NCBI GenBank assembly: GCA_951406725.2
Contig: OX597815.1
Coordinates: forward strand, 179,242,001-179,306,000
Origin: Octopus vulgaris
Taxonomy: Eukaryota
Direction: 5' to 3'
DNA: 64,000 nucleotides
Part shown: positions 41,330 to 55,110 of the stretch, piece after piece
Layout of the letters: every line of letters starts with the position of its first letter
Position numbering within the stretch: the first letter of the stretch is position 1
Notes under the pieces: model-generated
What the model saw: the letters and a program-made list of their open reading frames with translations, nothing else
Told to the model about the DNA's origin: nothing
The model's database searches: none
Translations under genes and position numbers: made by a program

Positions 41330-42617
41330 CTGGTTGCATGACTCTGTAACTGAGTACTTACGTGGTTGAGTCACGTCCTTGTGTATAACCAAAAATGTGT
41401 CGAGAAACGTTAAGATTCATAATATTGTGGCTATTTCTCTTCAGAATAATGTTCTCGTTGTAGTTGCTTTGGCCGATTTATGAGTGCTCCGATGAAGCAG
41501 ACCGACAATCGAAAGCAGAGATCAACAAGTACTTTTATACATGGAGGAATATCTTGTTGAACGTGCCGCAGTTTTTAAGTCCGTAGACTGTGATTTAAGA
41601 AAGAATTGATTGCTATTTCTAGCAAGTCTAAATAATGCGCACAGACACCTCATTGTTACTTTTCTGTGGCGTTGATTATGGAGGTGAATATTAATGAAAC
41701 TTAACCGCGAAATGAGTCATCTTAAAACACTTAACAAAAGCGAAATAACATTTTCTTCGACTTTCTTTTGCTTTTTACAAACCAACTTAATCTGAACTCT
41801 ATCGACACCGATTGCATATTGATTCTCTCACATGTTGTTGGAGAACTGTTTTTGTTCACCGAGACATGTTTACAATGAACCATTCCAAAGAAAGCGAAAA
41901 GTGTAATTAGAAAATAATACTCAGGATTGAAAGAAATTTAATTGAATATCATTGATATTTGCTAACACTAGCAGTAAAACTGCAATAATTACAAAAATTC
42001 TTTATATTTGCCTGAGGGGCGTCGGATGAAGGATATTATAAGGAAATTACAAAATTAGCAGAATCGATATTGTCAAAACAGGCGTGGAATTAGTTTCGTT
42101 CTATAACCACCTGAAGAAAACTGTCCGGTTTTCCCGGTCGCAGGAGGGCGGCAGGTTGTTTCTCGGGCTTCATTCAGTTGATGGTGGGATCCCGCCTATC
42201 TTGATGTTTAGCATAACTCTATAAGTAAGCAATGTTAAGGCAGTGAACAAGAGTCTGGGGCAACGATGCCGTTGCTCTGTGTTCATCTTCTAATGGTTTT
42301 TTACTGACTTCAGAGTTAATACCAAAGTGGCATGGTTTGTCGCTAGCAATGCCAGGCAAGAATAATTTTGAAGTTATCCAGATTCCAGAACTGGAAGCTG
42401 ATAAGTTGATCATTTTCCATGCCGAGAGATCTTTGAGAGCATCGTTGCTGTCATGGACAACTTTTTTCTTTCATCCTTTTAGGGTTGATAAAACCGTAAC
42501 GTGCCCGCCAAGTACTGTAATTAAGTTCATATAATCAAATTTCTCGACATCCACAAAATTTCATGCCTTGGGCCTGTTATAAACAACAACAATTAATATT
42601 ATATAATATAATTTTCC

Positions 42618-42885
42618 GTGCCTATAATAATTGGTGCGTTGGGAACAGTAAACCAAGATATAGACAAATGACTGAAAGAGATTGAAGTAGAATTCCTGGT
42701 AGAGCTCTTACAGAAAGTTTGTCTCTTCGGGACAACAAAGATTAGCAGGAGGGTTCTAAACACTTGAAAGACTACTGAAAAATTGTGAATACCTAAGGTT
42801 ACAAGAAGTGACCCGCTATCCAAATAATTCCTACAAGGAATAAGACCGAACCTGAGCCAAACCAAAATAATAATAATGATAATGA
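42618..42885 (+). mobile_element. R4/Dong-clade LINE 3' end
   Basis: VPIIIGALGTVNQDIDK*LKEIEVEFLVELLQKVCLFGTTKISRRVLNT*, then 3' UTR and (TAA)n. Confidence 0.7.
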
Positions 42886-43689
42886 TAAAAATGCAAAGGA
42901 AAGCAAAAAATGCAGGTTAAGGCCCAATGCTTACGTAGGTATGAAAAGAGAAACAAATCTTACAGACAAAATAATGTTATGTTAACGGGGCTAAAGTGCT
43001 CAGGGTAAAACTGCTGGGTATATTTGAAACCGGTGCTAGAGAGTTAGGGAAACAGTCGATCAAAGTAAAAGACCCGCCTGACATAAAAGTAGTGACATTT
43101 TGGAAGAGTATATAGAGCAATAGAAAGGAATTCAACAAAGAAGCTGAATGGGTATGGAGATAAAAAGAAAGAATGGCTAAGATTGAAGAACAAGGATGGA
43201 ATGGTACTACAATGCAGGAACTATTTCAAGTTCTCGTTAAGGTTCTCTCAACAGATATTCTATAGAAATTATAATCGGCATTGATTTTTGTTACTACGTT
43301 TCGTATACGAGACGTCAGATGTAAATCAACAATGAGATCGAAAATGAAAAATGGGGATTGGGCGTATATGCATATTTCAGGAATTTTTCCCCCTTCATCA
43401 GTATCTGTCTAATCCATTAATCATCCTCGAACACATTGCTTAAATATCCACACTATATAGTGGTGTGTAGTTGCTGGATATACCAATTTACATATTACAC
43501 GCATTTCTGGAGCTGGTACGTAAATATTAATGATTTTTAGGTACGCGGTATTCCGTAATACAACCATAATATACTATAAAGTATACTAATCGTTTTTATA
43601 AGTCCCAAAATTCTGGCTTAATAGCCTCTCATCATCACATTGTCAGTTAACGGAATGTTTCTCTAACACCATCAGAAACCCCAAGAAGA

Positions 43690-43845
43690 CTCCAAGTTGG
43701 TTAACATTAGGGAAAATATACCTACTCCCTAAAACAAATGACACAAAAATCCCCCCAAAATGACAGTCCTATCACTTGTTTGACCACCATGTACAAATTA
43801 CTTACATCCATCCTCACTGGAAGGGTGTATCAGTTTCTCGATGGA
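43690..43845 (+). pseudogene. R4-clade RT fragment
   Basis: PSWLTLGKIYLLPK ... PITCLTTMYKLLTSILTGRVYQFL. Related FWKSI*..FNKEAEW piece near 43098. Confidence 0.6.
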
Positions 43846-43854
43846 AACAACAAA

Positions 43855-44340
43855 CTTATTTCTTTACTACTCACAAGGGGCTAAACACAGAGAGGAAAAA
43901 CAAGGACAGACAAAAGGATTAAGTCGATTATATCGACCCCAGTGCGTAACTGGTACTTATTTAATCGAAACCGAAAGGATGGAAAGCAAAGTTGACCTCG
44001 GCGGAATTTGAACTCAGAACGAAGCGGCAGACGAAATACCTATTTCTTTATTACCCACAAGGGGCTAAACACAGAGGGGACAAACAAGGACAGACATAGG
44101 TATTAAGTCGATTACATCGACCCCAGTGCGTAACTGGTACTTAATTTATCGACCCCGAAAGGATGAAAGGCAAAGTCGACCTCGGCGGAATTTGAACTCA
44201 GAACGAAGCGGCAGACGAAATACCGCTAAGCATTTCGCCTGGCATGCTAACATTTCTGCCAGCTCACCACCTTCGGCAGACGAAATACCGCTAAGCATTT
44301 TACCCGGCGTGCTAACGATTCTTCCAGCTCACCGCCTCGT
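43855..44340 (-). mobile_element. Tandem S3 SINE dimer
   Basis: Two head-to-tail copies joined at GACGAAATACC|TATTTC. Confidence 0.85.
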
Positions 44341-45089
44341 CAATGGAAACAGCATACCACGACCCAACTTGATCTAGTGGGACTGAACCTGGGACCATGT
44401 GGCTCGGAAGCGGATTTCTTACTACACAGCCACGCCTGCGCCTATATTATTCATGTAGATCTTTATTTTTTCTGTTGTTGTTGTTGTTGTTGATGTCTAG
44501 GCTTTTGATTGATACTTCTGATGCTCTGCTTTGAGAATTGATGTTATTCTCGTAAATCCCAACATTATTTACCACGTTTTTGTATGATTGTTTTCCACTA
44601 AACACCGTCCATGTCATTTGTCGAGTCTTCAGCTGGAAAGTTTGATCATGCTTCAACTACAACTCTGTCACCAGTCTCAAGAGAGAGAGAGAGAGACATA
44701 TCTTTGCTCTATTTTCTCTCTCTATGTCTTACATTTTCTCTCTTCCCCCCCTCTCTCTCTCTCTGTCTCAGATTTCTTCTCAGCAAACGTTATTAGTTTA
44801 TCACAAAGATCCATGATTGCTTTGTTTGTTTGTTTTTTTTTGTTTTTTTTTTTTAATCGAAATGTAATGAATTGTGTGTAGACAAAAATGAAAACAAACA
44901 TTTTTTTTTTCGGAGTGGAGGAAAAGGAAGAATGATATGGAGAGGACACTGACTCCAAATGCTAACTTATTCGCTCGTTTTCACAACTGACAACAGAAAT
45001 GATAAAAGTAAATTCCCATTCGGACAAAAACAACGATTCATTCTGAAAATTCACGGATATGTTTTGAAGCGTACCTTTTCTGTTGAAGT

Positions 45090-45148
45090 ACAGCAACAAC
45101 AACAACAACAATAACAATAACAATAACAACAACAACAACAACAACAAC

Positions 45149-45185
<37 letters not shown>

Positions 45186-45400
45186 GTAATAGTGATAATA
45201 ATAATAATAATAACAAATAATAATAATAAATCATAATAGTAGTAGTAGAAATAAAAATAATAATAATAACAGTAATAATAATAATAATAGTAAGAAGAAG
45301 AAAAAGAAGAAGAAAAAGAAAAAGAAGAAGAAGAAGAAGAAGAAGAAGAAGAAGAAGAAGAAGAAGAAGAAGAAGAAGAAGAAGAAGAAGAAGAAGAAGG
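45090..45400. repeat. (CAA)n(TAA)n(GAA)n trinucleotide tract
   Basis: Direct reading. Confidence 0.95.
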
Positions 45401-45527
45401 AGAATAAAGTGATAAGTAACACTGAAAAGATATTTAACTCGAGAGAATACTACTTGGATGTTTCGAAATGTATCAAATATCAACGACATATAAACATAAG
45501 ATGAGCTTGAAAAAGTGATGGAAATAT

Positions 45528-46349
45528 TCTTTTCTATACTAAGCACAAGGCCGGAAATTTTTGAGGAGAGGGCCAGTCGATTACATCGACCCCAGTACGC
45601 AACTGGTACTTAATTTATCGATTCCGAAAGGATGTAAGGCAAAGCCGATCTCAGCGGAATTTGAACTCAGAACGTAAGACAGACGAAATACCTATTTCTA
45701 TTTCTTTATTACCCACAAGGGGCTAAACACAGAGGGGACAAACAAGGACAGACATAGGTATTAAGTCGATTACATCGACCCCAGTGCGTAACTGGTACTT
45801 AATTTATCGACCCCGAAAGGATGAAAGGCAAAGTCGACCTCAGCGGAATTTGAACTCAGAACGTAAAGACAGACGAAATACCGCGAAGTATTTCGCCCGG
45901 CGTGCTAACTTTTCTGCCAGCTTGCAGCATTAAAGTGATGGAAATATCTATTTCTTTATTGCCCACAGGGTGCTAAACAAGAACAGACAAAGGCATTAAG
46001 TCAATTACATTGACCCTAATACGCAATTGGTATTTAATTTATCGACCCCGAAAGGATTAAAGGCAAAGTCGACCTCGACGGAATTTGAACTCAGAACGTA
46101 GCGGCAGACGAAATACCTATTTCTTTACTACCCACAAGGGGCTAAACACAGAGGGGACAAACAAGGATAGACAAACGGATTAAGTCGATTATATCGACCC
46201 AGTGCGTAACTGGTACTTATTTAATCGACCCCGAAAGGATGAAAGGCAAATTCGACCTCGACGGAATTTGAACTCAGGAAGTAACGGCAGACGAAATACC
46301 GCTAAACATTTCGTCCAGCGTGCTAACGTTTCTGCCAACTCGCCGCCTT
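45528..46349 (-). mobile_element. Tandem array of four S3 SINE units (two dimers)
   Basis: Head-to-tail copies. AAAGTGATGGAAATAT occurs at 45512, 45932 and 46350. Confidence 0.85.
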
Positions 46350-46802
46350 AAAGTGATGGAAATATTGAAAGATAAATACTAAGTAACATAAACATTATTG
46401 TTCAGTATGACATGTAATTTCTGTTTAACGAATGGTCATATTTTCTTGCGAATTTATTCTCTTAGTGAATAAACTATCGACACACGGTTCATAACAACAT
46501 CAGACTGAATCGCTATCCGTCAAAAGTAACAAATAATTCAATTCAAAAGCCTACAATTTAGTCTGCAGGAAATAAAAGAGAAATACTTTGATCCTGAGAA
46601 CAAAAAGTACAAAAAATACGGCGCATATAAAACTCAACAGCACAAGAAACAAATAAAATGGTTCCAAATGAAAATAACGAGGGTTTAAATAAAGGGACGA
46701 ATTCCTTAAAACTACGAAATGGAACAAGAAATACGTAAATGCATGGGAGCAATATGTTCCTGTTCTATATTCGTGTAAATTGAGCGATACTACACCAAAT
46801 TG

Positions 46803-47161
46803 TGGAGGCCCAGTGGTTAGGGCAGCGGACTCGCGGTTTCGATTCCCAGACCGGGCGTTGTGAGTGTTTATTGAGCGAAAACACCTAAAGCTCCACGAGG
46901 CTCCGGCAGGGATGATGGTGATCCCTGCTGTACTCTTTCACCACAACTTTCTCTCACTCTTACTTCCTGTTTCTGTTGTACCTGTATTTCAAAGGGCCGG
47001 CCTTGTCACTCTCTGTGTCACGCTGAATATCCCCGAGAACTACGTTAAGGGTACACGTGTCTGTGGAGTGCTCAGCCACTTACACGTTAATTTCACGAGC
47101 AGGCTGTTCCGTTGATCGGATCAACCGGAACCCTCGTCGTCGTAACCGACGGAGTGCTTCC
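46803..47161 (+). mobile_element. SINE family S2 with 14-bp TSD
   Basis: TSD ACTACACCAAATTG at 46789-46802 and 47162-47175. Confidence 0.9.
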
Positions 47162-47672
47162 ACTACACCAAATTGAAACTACGGAAAATATGGAGGGAAA
47201 ATTATCCAGATTTAAACTAATGATGGACACCCACAGACGAGCTAACTTAAACAGTTGTTAAAAAAATAATCAGCTGAAATATCATTTCAAAGAAAGAACA
47301 TTAGAAAACAATTAAAGAACGGAATTGAAGGAACAGAAATAGAAACATTGAAATCATGACCATGGAATCTAAAGGCTGGAATAAATAGCGAATTATTAAC
47401 AATAGATATCACAAGAATAAAACTAATCGATAAAAATAGCAGCGGCAATAAAGTTCGATAAAACGTAAACATGGCCAACACACAGTTCAGTTCATGTAAA
47501 CAGGTACAAATGTTACGAATATTAATATTTCCAGTTTAAACGAAACAATGTGCGGCAGACATAGAACTAACACAAAAACAACATTGAACGTTTCCAGAAT
47601 TTTTCAAGTAAAAGCATTCTTAAAATGTACGTCAAATTAAGACAGAGAACCGAAATCAAACGTTTTTAGATA

Positions 47673-48550
47673 CGTAGTCTAATCCGGACTGTTGCCATAG
47701 TAATGAAGCCAAAGCACTCAGAGTAAAGCCGCTTGGCACAAATTGACCTTACCTTAAATTCTGCACTAAGTTTTAACGTTATAGCTTACTTTCGCTGTTT
47801 ACAGCAGTGCTTGGAAGGAAGGTGTGTAGTGTGTGATCGTCGCATTGACCATGACAGAAAAAGTCAAGTAGGGAATCTGCATCAAATTTTGTCAAAAACT
47901 TGGCGATACCTGCTCAGAGGCCTACGCAAAGTCTTCAAAAGGTCTTCATCGTTCTTGACACAATCAAGGAGATCTTGCGCAACTGAAACCCAAGTGTTGT
48001 TTTGGTCAGCTGAAAACGGTTTTGGCACAAACTTGGCAGACACGCGTCTCATACCCAAATGTTCAGTGATAATGAACTGAACTGAACCGTAACTAATCTG
48101 CACATCCTCTGATAACTCACGGATAGTGATTCGACGATTTCCCCTCACAGCTGCACGCACATATGCGATGTTTTTCTCAGTTCTGCTGGTTGCGGGTCTC
48201 CCAGAACGTTCGTCATTATCGAAATTTTTTCGGCCGTCTTGGAAATGTCTGAACCACTCGTACACCTGTGTACGGCTCATACTCTCGTCTCCATACACTT
48301 TCTGAAACTTTGCGTAGGCCACTGAGCAGGTATCGCCATGACAACTTTCTCTGTCATGGTCAATGCGACGATCGCACGCTAGACACGTTCTTTCCAAGCA
48401 CTGCTGTAAACAGCAGAAGTGAGTTAAAACGCTAACACTTAGTGCGCATGCACAGCAGGGTTCTAGGTCAATTTGCGCCAAGTAGCTTTACTCTGCGTGT
48501 TTTAGCTTCATTACTATAGCAACAGTCGGATACTTATTGATCAGACCTCG
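47673..48550 (-). mobile_element. Foldback mariner derivative: two inward-facing 5' ends with a transposase N-terminal fragment
   Basis: TIR CGAGGTCTGATCAATAAGTATCC flanked by TA. HTH peptide VYGDESMSRTQVYEWF..F.DGR....DERSGRP...RRVSAKFVPK. Diverged ~250 bp inverted arms. Confidence 0.85.
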
Positions 48551-48729
48551 TACTCATTGAAAAATAACAAAAATAGTATTGAAAGTTGTAATTTAAGTGA
48601 CAAATATTATAAACAGTAACAAGAACCCCACCGCTAGCAGCAGCTAAAACAAGGCGGTATATTTTGTTGATGTTGCAGGTCATAGTGAGGCCCTTCATAT
48701 AAGCCTGCTCCACAAATAGAAAACATATA

Positions 48730-48907
48730 GAGGAGTGGCTGTGTGGTAAGTAGCTTGCTTACCAACCACATGGTTCCGGCTTCAGTTCCACTGCGTGGCA
48801 CCTTGGGCAAGTGTTTTCTACTATAGCCTCGGGCCGACCAAAGCCTTGTGAGTGGATTTGGTAGACGGAAACTGAAAGAAGCCCGTCGTATATATATATA
48901 TATATAT

Positions 48908-48995
<88 letters not shown>

Positions 48996-49298
48996 AGGCG
49001 CAATGGCCCAGTGGTTAGGGCAGCAGACTCGCGGTTGTAGGATCGCGGTTTCGATTCCCAGACCGGGCGTTGTGAGTGTTTATTGAGCGAAAACACCTAA
49101 AAGCTCCACGACGCTCCGGTAGGGGGTGGTGATCCCTGCTGTACTCTTTCACCACTCTTTCTCCCACTCGTTCTTCCGTTGGCCTGCTCGCTTAGCCAAC
49201 GGTGTGGCGTCATTCAAAGGCTAAAACAATGCGAACGCATTGTGACCAGCGTTGTGTAACAACATCTGATGGTCTGGTCTGTCACGTGACGTCACGTG

Positions 49299-49332
<34 letters not shown>

Positions 49333-49550
49333 GTGTGTATATGTTTGTGTGTCTGTGTTTGTCCCCCAAAATCGCTTGGCAACCGATGTTGGTGTGTTTA
49401 TGTCCACGTAACTTAGCGGTCCGGCAAAAGAGACTGATAGAATAAGTATTAGGCTTACAAAGAATAAGTCCTGGGGTCGATTTGCTCGACTGAAAGTGGC
49501 CACAGGCCACAGTCAAATGATTGAAATAAGTAAAAGAGTAAAAGAGTAAG
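48730..49550 (+). mobile_element. S1 SINE interrupted in its microsatellite by an S2-headed SINE (48993-49290)
   Basis: S1 head 48730-48890, nested S2 head at 48993, S1 tail 49330-49550. Confidence 0.85.
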
Positions 49551-51519
49551 AGAGAATAACTCTTTGTCCAATAATTTTATCCAAGAAATGAGGTATATAA
49601 AAACTATCGATTTTGCAATTAGCAGATTGAGCTCCCATGTGCCCCCAATAAAAGGGTTATGAAAGAATTGGAAAGGAACATGTAAGATGTGCAGGATATG
49701 TGCTCCTCGATTGGAGAAAATCCTATAGAAGTGTGTACCTGAATATGAGGTAGAGACGTGCGTTGGCAATAGGTGACTTTCTGGCACGCATAATGCTCTT
49801 CTGGCAAGATTTGTAAGCTAGTCGAACAAAGTATGACGGTGCGGTGCATGACACAATACGGGGCCGTTAAGGTCGCTGGTACTTTTGCAATATGGCATTA
49901 ATGTATTGATGTTGGTCAGATTATCATTTTTTTTCTTTGTTATAACGAAATATTGACGGGTAATGTTTCAGGGTTTCAGCCAGTAACCAAGAACTTTGTA
50001 AATTTCGTGGACTTTCAAGTTGATTGCAGATCTTTAAAATATTGCCGAATTTTTTGCTGGATATGATACCTTTGTGCATTTTAATTACTTTCGTTTCTTA
50101 TCATAGTGTTTTTAGAATGGGTTAAATATGTTTGCTCTATATTCTGTTCCTGTATGCTTCAACCGCCAATGATGCGAGTATGTCATGTAGTGTTGTGATG
50201 TTTTCGTGTTAACGTCCATGGAAATTATTTTGCATTTGATTAAAATACCTTAACGTTTTCTGTTTTGAAGTGTGTTATCTCGCATAATATTTTTCGGAAT
50301 ATTTCTTTAACCATACTTTTACTTACCTTTTATTGATTCTATATTTTAAAAGAAATTGTTTTCCTTTTAATTTCCATATTAGAGTTTTCAACTTCGCCAA
50401 GTAAAAACAGGTCTCTCTGTTTCCGTTTCCATTTTCCCTAGTATATTTTCTTTTCACTTTTGTGATGTTTCGCTGAAGACAGCCTGACTTCATTAGGATC
50501 AAGCCTGATTTCCCTCGATGCTGTCTCTGAATAGATAAGATTATCCAGTCAGTTGATATTAGGGTAATACACATGCGTGGAATGAATTTATTGCCGGGCT
50601 ATGTGACATATTTATCATTTCGTAGAGGTGCATATTTCAGTAGCGTTTTGGTAGGCTTTATGCATTTGCATAGAATTTATTGATCTTTCTTGCTTTCCTC
50701 TAACTTTTTGTTAGCCTCAATGGTGATCAATTCTGATGGTATGCTTTCAATTGATTTGTTCTTAAGTGTTGAGTCGAGGGCATTATTTTGTTGTGGTTGT
50801 GTCATTGGTTGAACGAGACCGCAGCGAATTTTCATAATCATTTTGGCTATTCTTCTTTCTCTAAGTCTCCATTTGTTCTACTTTAATACCTTGTATTGTT
50901 CGTGTGAGGCGGGTTCTGTAATATCTTCATTATTCTTTGAATCTTCATTTTATTGTATGTTTGTTTGATTGTTATGTGTTAACTTCTTTTCTACTGTGGA
51001 GATTTATATCTTCTTGTTTTGATGAGGCGAATACTGTTGTGATGCAGCCATTACTTTATGAGATATTGAGATATTATCTTTTTCCGTGTGGTCGATTGTT
51101 TTGCATATTTTCAATATTTTTTTTCTCTTAATGAATTGTTTATTTCCGTTTCTGATATCTGTTTATTGAATATAAATCTTTTCTCCATTCGCTAGGGACT
51201 TAGATTTAGTGACTGTCTTATTTTCGATTTCTCCTCTCCACAACGTCTACGGCTCCTTGACATTATTCATGTATGTTGCACAAAGCAAACAAGTAGATTA
51301 CGAATGTAAAGCGTCAGTGCACGGCTTGTTGTCCCAACTTTCTCATTTGCGATTGCTTTTAATTTCATGGACATCAGTCGTACGAGAGAGGACCCAACTT
51401 GCTGTTGCTGTTGTTGTAGTTAACTTATTCGAAGAAAATTCTCAGCTTATTTTACTGCGTTTGATGGAAAGTGTCAGCTGTCTGCAGCCAGCAGATTAAG
51501 GTGGCACTTGTTTACTGGT

Positions 51520-51875
51520 CATTATTCAAGAACCCTGCGAAGAATGATTGCAGTTCCAAGCGAGGTTGGTTTTTGTAGGTGTTCTCCCTTCACACTTGTA
51601 CCAATCTTTTTGGTCCACGTTGGTAGTTGAGTGCAGATACTTCCAATTATTATTGGTATCACGTCTACTCTCCTCATTGACAGCAAACTTCGTATTTTAC
51701 CTACTTCAAACCGTAATAGTTGTTCAGTTTCACTTCTTCTTTCTCTTTCATCCTGTTGTCACCAGGGCATGCTATGTCGATTATCATGCATGTTCTTTTT
51801 TTATTCACCACAACAGTGTCCGGTTTCCGATGCCTGGTCAGGTAATCGCACTGAATCATTGCATTCCACAGGATT
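51520..51875 (-). pseudogene. R4-clade restriction-like endonuclease fragment
   Basis: ILWNAMIQCDYLTRHRKPDTVV...IIDIACPGDNRMKEKEEVKL...IPIIIG. Confidence 0.65.
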
Positions 51876-51884
51876 CTCGCTGAT

Positions 51885-52120
51885 TATTTTTATTATTCTG
51901 TGTTTGACTTTTGCTTTACATTTGTACAAGTTAGCTCCAAGTCTCACCCAGAGACCTCAAGAGATAACAAGTTGGAAGTTCATGTTGGTGTTATGCCTAG
52001 GGTGCCATATATTTGGTTTTCTACTTAGTGTTGTACTAGTGAATGTTTAAGAAACCATAAGAAAATTATGTTTGTTTTAAAAATTTAGATTACATAGAAA
52101 GTATTATTATTATTATTATT

Positions 52121-52153
<33 letters not shown>

Positions 52154-52330
52154 ATATGTTTGACTTTTGCTTTGTATTTGTACAAGTTGACTCAACGAGA
52201 GACCTCAAGAAGCAACAAGTTAGAAGTTCAAGTTCATATTATGACTCGGGTGCCAATATTTTTGGTTTTGCACAAAGTACTGTTCTAGAGAATGTCTGTG
52301 AAAATGTAAGAAAACTAGAAGTTTGTTCTA
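51885..52330 (-). repeat. Two diverged copies of a LINE-like 3' end ending in (TAA/CAA)n
   Basis: TTTGACTTTTGCTTT..ATTTGTACAAGTT...GAGACCTCAAGA at ~51903 and ~52159. Confidence 0.6.
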
Positions 52331-52577
52331 AAAGCAATTTAATTATAAGACGACAGTGTAATGTTAAGACGAAAGTAAAAGGTGGGATGTGTTTGTTAGT
52401 TTCTAAAGTAATTTTAGTATTCTGCCTGCCGAATAGAATACGTGCAATGTAGGTTGTGCTGTTTGGTAGGCGACATATATATTTCGCATGTAGTGTGTGA
52501 TCAGTGCGAAATATTTTAGTGTAAGAAGTCGATTGTATAAAATATAAGAGGGGCAGGTAGGGATATATGAATGATTA

Positions 52578-52783
52578 AGGCAGCGAGCTGGCAGAAACGT
52601 TAGCACGCCGGGCGAAATGCGTAGCCGTATTTCGGCTGCCGGGGTCGACTTTGCCTTTCATCATTTCGAGGTCGATAAATTAAGTACCAGTTACGCACTG
52701 GGGTCGATGTAATCGACTTAATCCGTTTGTCTGTCTTTGTTTGTCCCCTCTATGTTTAGCCCCTTGTGGGTCGTAAAGAAACA
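52578..52783 (+). mobile_element. SINE family S3 (internal deletion)
   Basis: Matches S3. ATATGAATGATT is duplicated on both flanks. Confidence 0.85.
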
Positions 52784-53454
52784 TATATGAATGATTCACG
52801 AGGCGGCTGTTCTGTTTATCGGAACAGTCGTCATTGTCGTAACCAGGGAAGTGCCAGTTTTTTTCTGAGCATGCGTCGTATGCAGAGAGTTGCGCATTTA
52901 AATGAGAAAGGAACAGCTCTTACTAGAAACATTCTCTTTAGCACTGTGGGTATCTTTTGTTTTATATTTTATTCCCATATTTTAAATCTTACCTAATGCT
53001 TCAGTTATTATTTATTCTGCTTTCATTTTCATACGCCAATTCCAAAATATTCCATTTTCAAAGTCCTTGTACTTGGACAGTTTCTTTACTTTTTTTGCAG
53101 ACAATGTTTAGGTCAGAAGCCATCGAAGAATTTATCGGAGTGTAAGCGTTTTCACTTCAGCTACAACGTAAGTTTTGAATATTATTTCCGGATCATTTAT
53201 CTACATTTCCCCTGCGTCCAAACAAGTACATCTCGAATAATTGCGGTGAGGATGTTGTCACGTGTCTTGTTCAACGCATAATTATACCACTTCTTATCAG
53301 TTCTCTCTTCAAAGTCCTGCCATGTTTCCCCGTGGAACTACCTGTTAATTCAATCGTGTCTATGATATTCTCGAACTGGGCAATGATTGGGCAGCGGAAA
53401 AGATATGGTTAATAACCTTATTCTTTGGTCAATACACACACATATATACGCACA

Positions 53455-53489
<35 letters not shown>

Positions 53490-53509
53490 GCACATATATA
53501 TATATATAT

Positions 53510-53545
<36 letters not shown>

Positions 53546-54163
53546 AGAAAGAGAGAGAGAGAGAGAGCTGGAGAGAGATAATAATTGAAATAAATAAAGA
53601 ACTTGGTTTTTAATGTACAATATCTATATATACATGTATATATGTAAAAAGAGAAGGCAAAATTTTCAGATGATTAACAATCAAGTATAAATGTATATAT
53701 ATATATATATATAGGTTACGTAGACTCAATGAATTAGAGGGGAGAAGGCGTTACAAGTCCGACAACTGTTTCTGGGGGCTCAAAGTTACATCATAATAAT
53801 GTTGGCAGATGTAGTTCATAAAGAAATATGTCGCCTGTGTGCACAACTGCTGTGTTTGAATTTTCTTTAGGAATGGGTTAGCATGATTTTCGTTTTGAAA
53901 TTCGTTTTTATTTTTTTGCTAAATCAGACAATGTTATTTTCCCAACGTCGGAGAGACGTTCATTCTCTGTGCACACAGGTTGTGAGATTCTGGTCTGATA
54001 CTATGTCGGTTACGACAATGAGGGCTCCAGTTGACCCGATCAACGGAACAACCTGTTCGTGCAATTAACGTACAAGTGGCTGAGAACTCCACAGACACGC
54101 GTACCTTTAACGTACTTCTCAGAGAGAATCGGTGTGATACAGACAAGTGCACACCTCTACAAA

Positions 54164-54234
<71 letters not shown>

Positions 54235-54868
54235 ACCCACACACACACCCACATACACACACGAAAACGTGTATGCGTGTGTAGTTGTGTGTGTATGTGT
54301 TAGTATGTATATATACCTCTAGGCTGGTCACCAAATTTGTGCTTTAAACAAAAATATATTTTGGCAATTACTTCCAGTAGATGGAAGTGTCCAAGATATT
54401 AGCGGAGCCTTTAAGCTGGTGTGATATATATCGCTTATGCTCAAGTGTGCTAATCAATAAATTATATTGTCTGAAGTAAAAGCAAAAGTATAACAAAACT
54501 ATTGGAACAAAATGATTTTAGGACATCATGTGTTATGTGTCTATAATTGTTACTGAAATCACAATATGTGATGAACTAACTGACCCCTAACCTACTTCCA
54601 TTTAAAGGTTTATGTTGCTCTCGTCGTATTCTCGCCCCCTTCTTGAAAATATATAGATTGGTTGTATACTATAAAATTTTTTAAATGAACAATTTCATGA
54701 TTGTCTTCTGTTTCTGTTTAATGAAATGTTGATTCTAAACTCTTTTACATAAATCCGAATAATAGAATATTATTCTAATGTTCGCTTCTCTAGTATGTGG
54801 TTCTAGTTTCTATCCGCATTCGCTGCACCCTGAGAAGGTTTCTTTTACTGTAGACATGGATTAACCAA

Positions 54869-55036
54869 CATTATTTATATCATTTATATTATTTACATTT
54901 GACTGATATTTGTCCTCATCTTGTTTGTTGTTAACACAACGTTTCCGCTGATATACCCTCCAGCCTTTATCAGGTGTCTTAGGGGAAATTTCGAACCTGG
55001 GTTCTATTTTTCCTAAGGTATTTTTCGATGTTGTTG

Positions 55037-55110
<74 letters not shown>

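Noticed and set aside
49600-51200. Highly decayed LINE on the minus strand
   Set aside because: Only vague motif hints (e.g. YKVLG); not enough to call.
53755-53800. GAAAC-AGTT-GTC half-hammerhead on minus
   Set aside because: No matching CUGANGA half found.
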